Assembly (NCBI GenBank): GCA_963783305.1
Contig: CAWAMW010000002.1
Span: forward strand, 704,001 to 768,000
Direction of reading: 5' to 3'
From: an uncultured Gemmatimonadales bacterium
Lineage (GTDB): Bacteria > Gemmatimonadota > Gemmatimonadetes > Longimicrobiales > RSA9
DNA length: 64,000 bases
The position numbers were made by a program, and so were the translations under genes. Shown one piece after another: positions 59,071-64,000 of this stretch (position 1 is its first letter; each line of letters starts with the position of its first letter). A model generated the notes under the pieces. The model worked only from the letters and a program-made list of their open reading frames with translations. It searched no databases and was not told the origin of the DNA.

Positions 59071-60776
59071 TGCACTGGATCGACTGGACCATTGTCTTCG
59101 CATACCTGGCCTACGTGGTGTGGGACGGCCTGCGACGCTCCGAGGGCACGGACAACATCGAGGGCTATTTCCTCGCCAATCGCTCCATGCCGTGGTGGGC
59201 CGTGGGACTCAGCGTCATGGCCACGCAGATGAGCGCCATCACCCTCGTGGGAACCACCGGGCAGGGCGCCACCGACGGAATGCGCTTCGTCCAGTTCTAC
59301 TTCGGGCTCCCGCTCGCCATGCTCATCCTCAGCGTGACCCTGGTTCCGTTCTTCCACCGCGCCAAGGTCTACACCGCGTACGAGTACCTCGAGCAGCGGT
59401 TCGACGCCCGCACCCGCTCCATGACCAGCGGCCTTTTCCTGCTGTCCCGGGGCATGGCCGTGGGCGTGGTCATTTCCGCGCCCGCCGTGATCCTTTCCGC
59501 CACCCTCGGCCTCGCGTTCCCGCTGGCCGTGGCCCTCATCGGCGTTCCCGCCGTCGTCTACACCATGTTCGGCGGCGTACAGGCGGTGCAGTGGACGGAC
59601 GTGAAGCAGATGTTCCTGATCATCGGCGGGCTCGGCGCGCTCCTCGTCATCCTGCTCATGGGGATCCCCGAAGAGGTCGGGATCGGCGGCGCGCTCCAGG
59701 CCGCCGGCGCCACCGGCCGACTCGACACGTTCGACTTCAGCTTCAGCCTGAACGAGACCTACACCTTCTGGTCCGGCCTCATCGGCGGCACCTTCCTCAT
59801 GCTCTCGTACTTCGGCACCGACCAGAGCCAGGTCCAGCGCTACCTCACCGCACGCTCCGTCGACGAGGCCCGCAGCTCCCTCTTCATCAGCGCCTACTGG
59901 AAGATCCCGCTCCAGGCCATGGTCCTGATGATCGGCGTGCTCGTCTTCGTCTACTACCTCTTCAGCCCGCCACCGCTCCTCTACAACGTGGAGCACGAGC
60001 TCGCCGTGCAGGCCGGCGCCGGCGCCGAGTACTCCCAGCTCCAGGAACGATACGACGACGCCTTCCAGACTCGACGGCAGGCCGCCATCGACCTGGCTAC
60101 CGCCCGCGGCGCCGGCGACCGTGTGCTCGCCGATCGCATGGTGGAGGAGTTCCTCGCCGGGAACGACCGTGTCGACGCCGTCCGCACCGACGCCCTCGCC
60201 CTCGCCGAGCGGACCACCGGCGAGAACCCGCGCGACGTCAATTACATCATCCCCGCCTTCGTCCTCGGCGAGCTGCCCATCATCATCCCCGGCCTCTTCA
60301 TCGCCGCGGTCCTGGCCGCCGCCATGTCGTCCATCTCGAGTGAGCTGAACTCGCTTTCCACAGCCACGGTCATCGACTTCTATCGGCGGCATCTCCGGAC
60401 CGATGCCTCCGATTCGCATTACCTGATGGTGTCCAAGGTGGCCACCGGCTTCTGGGGACTCTTCGCCTGTGGCGTCGCCCTCTACGCCGTAGCACTGGGA
60501 TCGCTCATCGAGGTGGTGAACCGCTTTGGATCGTTCTTCTACGGCTCCATACTCGGCGTGTTCATGCTCGCCTTCGTGCCCCGCGCTCGCGCCCGCGGCG
60601 CTTTCTTCGGACTCATTGGAGGGATGGGCACGGTGGCCCTCGTGAGCGTCGTGGCCCCGGAGATCTCGTTCCTGTGGCACAACGTCATCGGGGCAGTGGC
60701 CGTGGTGACGATCGGGACCCTGCTGAGCCTGACCGTGCCGCCGGACCGCGACGTCGCCGCTGCCAGCCAGCCGTAG
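59070..60776 (+). CDS. Sodium:solute symporter (SSS family)
   Basis: YFLANR.MPWW.VGLS, YEYLE.RF, GTDQSQVQRYL, AAAMSS. Confidence 0.93.
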   Translation: MHWIDWTIVFAYLAYVVWDGLRRSEGTDNIEGYFLANRSMPWWAVGLSVMATQMSAITLVGTTGQGATDGMRFVQFYFGLPLAMLILSVTLVPFFHRAKVYTAYEYLEQRFDARTRSMTSGLFLLSRGMAVGVVISAPAVILSATLGLAFPLAVALIGVPAVVYTMFGGVQAVQWTDVKQMFLIIGGLGALLVILLMGIPEEVGIGGALQAAGATGRLDTFDFSFSLNETYTFWSGLIGGTFLMLSYFGTDQSQVQRYLTARSVDEARSSLFISAYWKIPLQAMVLMIGVLVFVYYLFSPPPLLYNVEHELAVQAGAGAEYSQLQERYDDAFQTRRQAAIDLATARGAGDRVLADRMVEEFLAGNDRVDAVRTDALALAERTTGENPRDVNYIIPAFVLGELPIIIPGLFIAAVLAAAMSSISSELNSLSTATVIDFYRRHLRTDASDSHYLMVSKVATGFWGLFACGVALYAVALGSLIEVVNRFGSFFYGSILGVFMLAFVPRARARGAFFGLIGGMGTVALVSVVAPEISFLWHNVIGAVAVVTIGTLLSLTVPPDRDVAAASQP

Positions 60777-60905
60777 GAGCAGCGGCGTGCTTTCGTGGCC
60801 TGGCAATGCCGCGGTGGGGTCACCGCCGCCCCGGGGCCACACGCACTACCCCGCGGCGAGCGGCACCCGCTCCGCCAGACCGCCCCGACCGCTTCTCCGA
60901 CCGGC

Positions 60906-61943
60906 CTACTCGCCCACGACCGGCCGCGCCTCCGAGCCGAGCTCGAGGCCCCACGCCGAGGCCAGGCGCGTCAGGGCGCCCGGCGGCAGCCGCACCGCGT
61001 AGTCCCGGTTGTTGGGCGTCCGGTCCAGCTTGAAATGCGGGTTCAGTGACTTGATGTCCTCCAGCGTGATCCCGGCCGCCTGCGCCACGCTGCCCAGCTT
61101 CGTGGCCGGCGGAAGCATCACCTCGTCATACGCCAGCGGCGCGATCGGCTGGACGTGGTCGAAGCCGTACTTCGCCGGATCCTTCCCGATCCGCGCGGCC
61201 GCGATCATCAGCGGCACGTAATCGCGCGTCTCCTGCGGGAGCTTAGACCAGATCTTGTAGTAGTCCTCTTCGCTCTCCGCCTTCTCACGGCCATACGTCT
61301 CCCGCATGACACGACCCACGCGGTTCTCGCCCGTGTTGTACGCCGCAGCCGCCAGATACCACGAGCCGAACCGGTCGTGCAGCTCATCCAGATAGTCGAG
61401 CGCTGCGTCCGTCGCCTTCACCGGGTCGTTCCGCTCGTCCACCGCTCGGTCGATCTCCAGGCCATACCGCTGACCGGTCTCCGCGATGAACTGCCACAGC
61501 CCCGACGCCGCCGCGGGCGAGTACGCGTTCGGCTGGAAACCCGACTCGATCATCGCGAGGTAGATCAGGTCCCGCGGCATCCCCCGCTCCTCCAGCTTCT
61601 CCAGCAGCATCGGTACATACCGCCCCGAACGCGTGAGGAAGCCGTCCATCTTCTCCCGCATGTCCGGCACCGTCGTGAACCGGTCCACCCAGTAGTCCAC
61701 CCGCTCGTGCTCGAGGTTCGGCAGGTCCCACTGGATCTCCGCTTCCGCGATCGCCTTCTCGCGAGCCACCTCCCGCGATGCCTCCGCCACTCGGTCCCCC
61801 TGCGGCCGCTCCGCAGGCACCATGAAGGCACCCCCGAGACCCGCGAGACCGATCACGCCACCTACGATCACACGGCCGCGACGCTGACTGATCCAGCGCG
61901 GCATCGGCGGGCCCTCGGAATCGGGTGCTCGTTCGTTCTGCAT
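60906..61943 (-). CDS. MltD-like lytic transglycosylase
   Basis: LAMIESGF, GLWQFI, AAAYNTGE, ETRDYVP, LNP. Confidence 0.9.
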   Translation of the reverse strand: MQNERAPDSEGPPMPRWISQRRGRVIVGGVIGLAGLGGAFMVPAERPQGDRVAEASREVAREKAIAEAEIQWDLPNLEHERVDYWVDRFTTVPDMREKMDGFLTRSGRYVPMLLEKLEERGMPRDLIYLAMIESGFQPNAYSPAAASGLWQFIAETGQRYGLEIDRAVDERNDPVKATDAALDYLDELHDRFGSWYLAAAAYNTGENRVGRVMRETYGREKAESEEDYYKIWSKLPQETRDYVPLMIAAARIGKDPAKYGFDHVQPIAPLAYDEVMLPPATKLGSVAQAAGITLEDIKSLNPHFKLDRTPNNRDYAVRLPPGALTRLASAWGLELGSEARPVVGE

Positions 61944-61990
61944 GGTGCCTCCAGGCGGGATGGACAAACAACTGTTCCAACCCTTATACG

Positions 61991-62006
61991 TGCACGATCC
62001 GGACCA
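61991..62006 (-). promoter_or_regulatory. Putative sigma54 -24/-12 promoter
   Basis: Minus strand TGGTCCGGATCGTGCA, upstream of the MltD-like gene. Confidence 0.4.
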
Positions 62007-62035
62007 TGTTCCGCCCCTCTCGCGCGCCCCCCACA

Positions 62036-63421
62036 CTACCGCACCAGGTGGAACTCCTCCTGCCGCTCCAGAACCCAGCCAGGCGCACCGGCACCATCCA
62101 CCAGCGCCTCCTCCTCCAGCGCCATCCGCACCGCCTGGCCGCCCCACTCCGGTACCGGGGATGCCGCCTGGAGCTCAATCGAGAACCACGTGTTCGGACG
62201 GACAGGGAGGTCCCCGCGCGCCGGGACCCCCTCCTGCCGGTCCCATAGCCCGATCAGCGGCCCGGCGCCATGGCCGTGGTCCCCGATGGGATGACTGTAG
62301 ATCGTGCCGTCGATTCCCTCATCACGCATTTTTTTCAGAGATCGGGCAAGTACCTCGTTGCCGGTGCGCCCCGGCACCAGCTCCTCCAGCACGATGTCCT
62401 GGAGCCGGTTCGCGCGTACCAACGCCGCCACCAGCCCGGCCGGAGCGCTCATCTCCCCCTCCCGCAGCACGTAGCCCATGTGCTGCGTGTCCGTGTTGAG
62501 GCCGAACAGGCTCAGGCCGAAGTCCGTGTGCAGCACATCACCCCGACGGATCACAGGGTTCGCGGAATCGGCCATCTCCACCCCCCTCCGCTGCACACTC
62601 ACGCTCGGCTGGAACCACGTCCCCATACCCAGATCCCGCACCCGCTGCCGCAGCCACCAGACCACGTCTTCCTGCGTCGTGACGCCCGGCGTGATCACTT
62701 CCGCGGAGAAGGCCGTGGATATGATCTGATGCACGCGCTCCTGCATCCGCTCGTACGTGGGGAGCATCTCGGGCAGCCGCTCCTCCAGGTACTGCAACGG
62801 CAGCAGCTCGCGGCGGACGACCCGGTCCAGGTACTCCGGCCCGAGCGCCTCCTGCAGCTGCTCCCACTCACCCGCGGTCAGACCGTCCGAGAAGTTGTGC
62901 GCGCGCGAGATGTTCACCGCGATCGTCGCGGGATCACGATCCCGCACGATCGGCGGCAGCAACTCCCACTGCTCCGCGCCGAATGGCTCCGCCCGCCGCC
63001 GCTCCGTTCCCGCCGCCCCCACCGCCGCGGCCGGGTCCCGCACCACCTCGTACAGCCCTCCCTGCGACGTGCCCCCGATCGCGATCCGCTCCACGCCTTC
63101 CGCCGGACCACGGTCATGGAACACGTAGATCGTCCGCCGCCTCGCCGCCATCGTCGTCGGCGACACCAGCGCGTGGAACACCGGGTCCTCGTTGTACTCC
63201 CGTACCGGCACGATCCACATCTCCACCCCCTGCTCCCGCATCAGACGCGGAAGCACCCGCTCCAGCCGCTGCTCCAACCACTCCTGCTGGACCACCGCCT
63301 GCTCGCGCACCGTACCGAACGACCGGTCCTGCGCCACCACCGCCCCCGGCACAGCCGCCGCACTGAGCGGCAGCGCCACCAGCAGCACCGGCAGCCACGC
63401 TCGTCCCATGAGTCGGTCCAT
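62036..63421 (-). CDS. Exported M24 (Xaa-Pro) metallopeptidase
   Basis: Signal peptide; GD.LH.DFG, TDTQ, H.IG.HGH, SIE, LEE. Confidence 0.85.
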   Translation of the reverse strand: MDRLMGRAWLPVLLVALPLSAAAVPGAVVAQDRSFGTVREQAVVQQEWLEQRLERVLPRLMREQGVEMWIVPVREYNEDPVFHALVSPTTMAARRRTIYVFHDRGPAEGVERIAIGGTSQGGLYEVVRDPAAAVGAAGTERRRAEPFGAEQWELLPPIVRDRDPATIAVNISRAHNFSDGLTAGEWEQLQEALGPEYLDRVVRRELLPLQYLEERLPEMLPTYERMQERVHQIISTAFSAEVITPGVTTQEDVVWWLRQRVRDLGMGTWFQPSVSVQRRGVEMADSANPVIRRGDVLHTDFGLSLFGLNTDTQHMGYVLREGEMSAPAGLVAALVRANRLQDIVLEELVPGRTGNEVLARSLKKMRDEGIDGTIYSHPIGDHGHGAGPLIGLWDRQEGVPARGDLPVRPNTWFSIELQAASPVPEWGGQAVRMALEEEALVDGAGAPGWVLERQEEFHLVR

Positions 63422-63691
63422 CCGTTCACCTCCCTCGTATGTTGGACGTCCACTATACCCGCTTCGCCGAGTTCTCCACAACCGAACGTGGAATACCCGG
63501 ATGGATCGTGGAAAACTCGCTCCTTGGAGGTGGACAATCGGCAGTTCGGCGTGGATTGCGGTCGTTACAAAAGCGCATCTCCCTGGTGCGCAGGCAGATG
63601 CGCCATGGGATCAGCCGGGGGTTTCGGTATCGTTGCTGCGGGAGCACGCAAGTACCTGCGACACAACAGGTTACGCCAATGGCTAAAACTC

Positions 63692-63721
63692 TTGACCCGC
63701 ACCCCCCGAATCCGGTATCAT
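63692..63721 (+). promoter_or_regulatory. Putative sigma70 promoter
   Basis: TTGACC-18 bp-TATCAT in an ORF-free region. Confidence 0.55.
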
Positions 63722-64000
63722 TGGGTCAGACGTCACGGGACCGCGACAGCAAGCCCGCGGACGTCGCCTCCGGAAACGACGGTTTTCGCGAGGCTGCTCA
63801 CCCGGGGTTCGGACTTGGAGTGAGCCGGCTGCGAGGTCACTGGCCGCAGTCGATGCCCCTGGCCAGGGGCGCCCCGAGCCGCAGGTCGCGCGGCGGAGGG
63901 AGAAGAGAAATCGATCCAGGCGAAGCCCGCAGGGGTGAGCCACCGAACACGACGGATCGCGTCTCGCCAGTAGTCAAGGCCCCCGTTTCCGGTTCGCCGG

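Noticed and set aside
63728..64000. c-di-GMP or c-di-AMP riboswitch
   Set aside because: I could not match the consensus elements; kept only as an unassigned structured RNA candidate.

Overview
GC-rich bacterial chromosomal window, densely coding. Gene content and style suggest Gemmatimonadota (inference only). I recognised no rRNA, tRNA, CRISPR array, transposase or phage genes. From left to right: a partial TrmJ/SpoU methyltransferase; a complete alternative complex III operon (actA-F); a gas-vesicle (gvp) operon with three GvpA/J-family, three GvpF/L, GvpK and GvpG genes that lacks recognisable gvpN/gvpC but carries a tandem ArsA/Get3-type ATPase and runs into a PAS histidine kinase; a divergent lipoprotein-histidine kinase pair; an 8-gene NtrY/NtrX-like operon ending in luxE/luxC-like genes without luciferase; an orphan MshEN GspE/PilB ATPase; ABC transporter; VPS10-type protein; NfuA; a degenerate HD-GYP protein; a nucleotidyltransferase-metallophosphoesterase pair; a swivel-first LeuD-LeuC-like fusion; SfsA; Ppx/GppA; a PIG-L deacetylase-symporter operon; lytic transglycosylases; and an M24 peptidase. 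Non-coding signals include about seven sigma54-like -24/-12 sites, a 7x in-frame stop-codon repeat, a 152-bp inverted-repeat element and a candidate structured RNA at the right edge. All protein calls come from motif recognition by eye, and start codons are best estimates.
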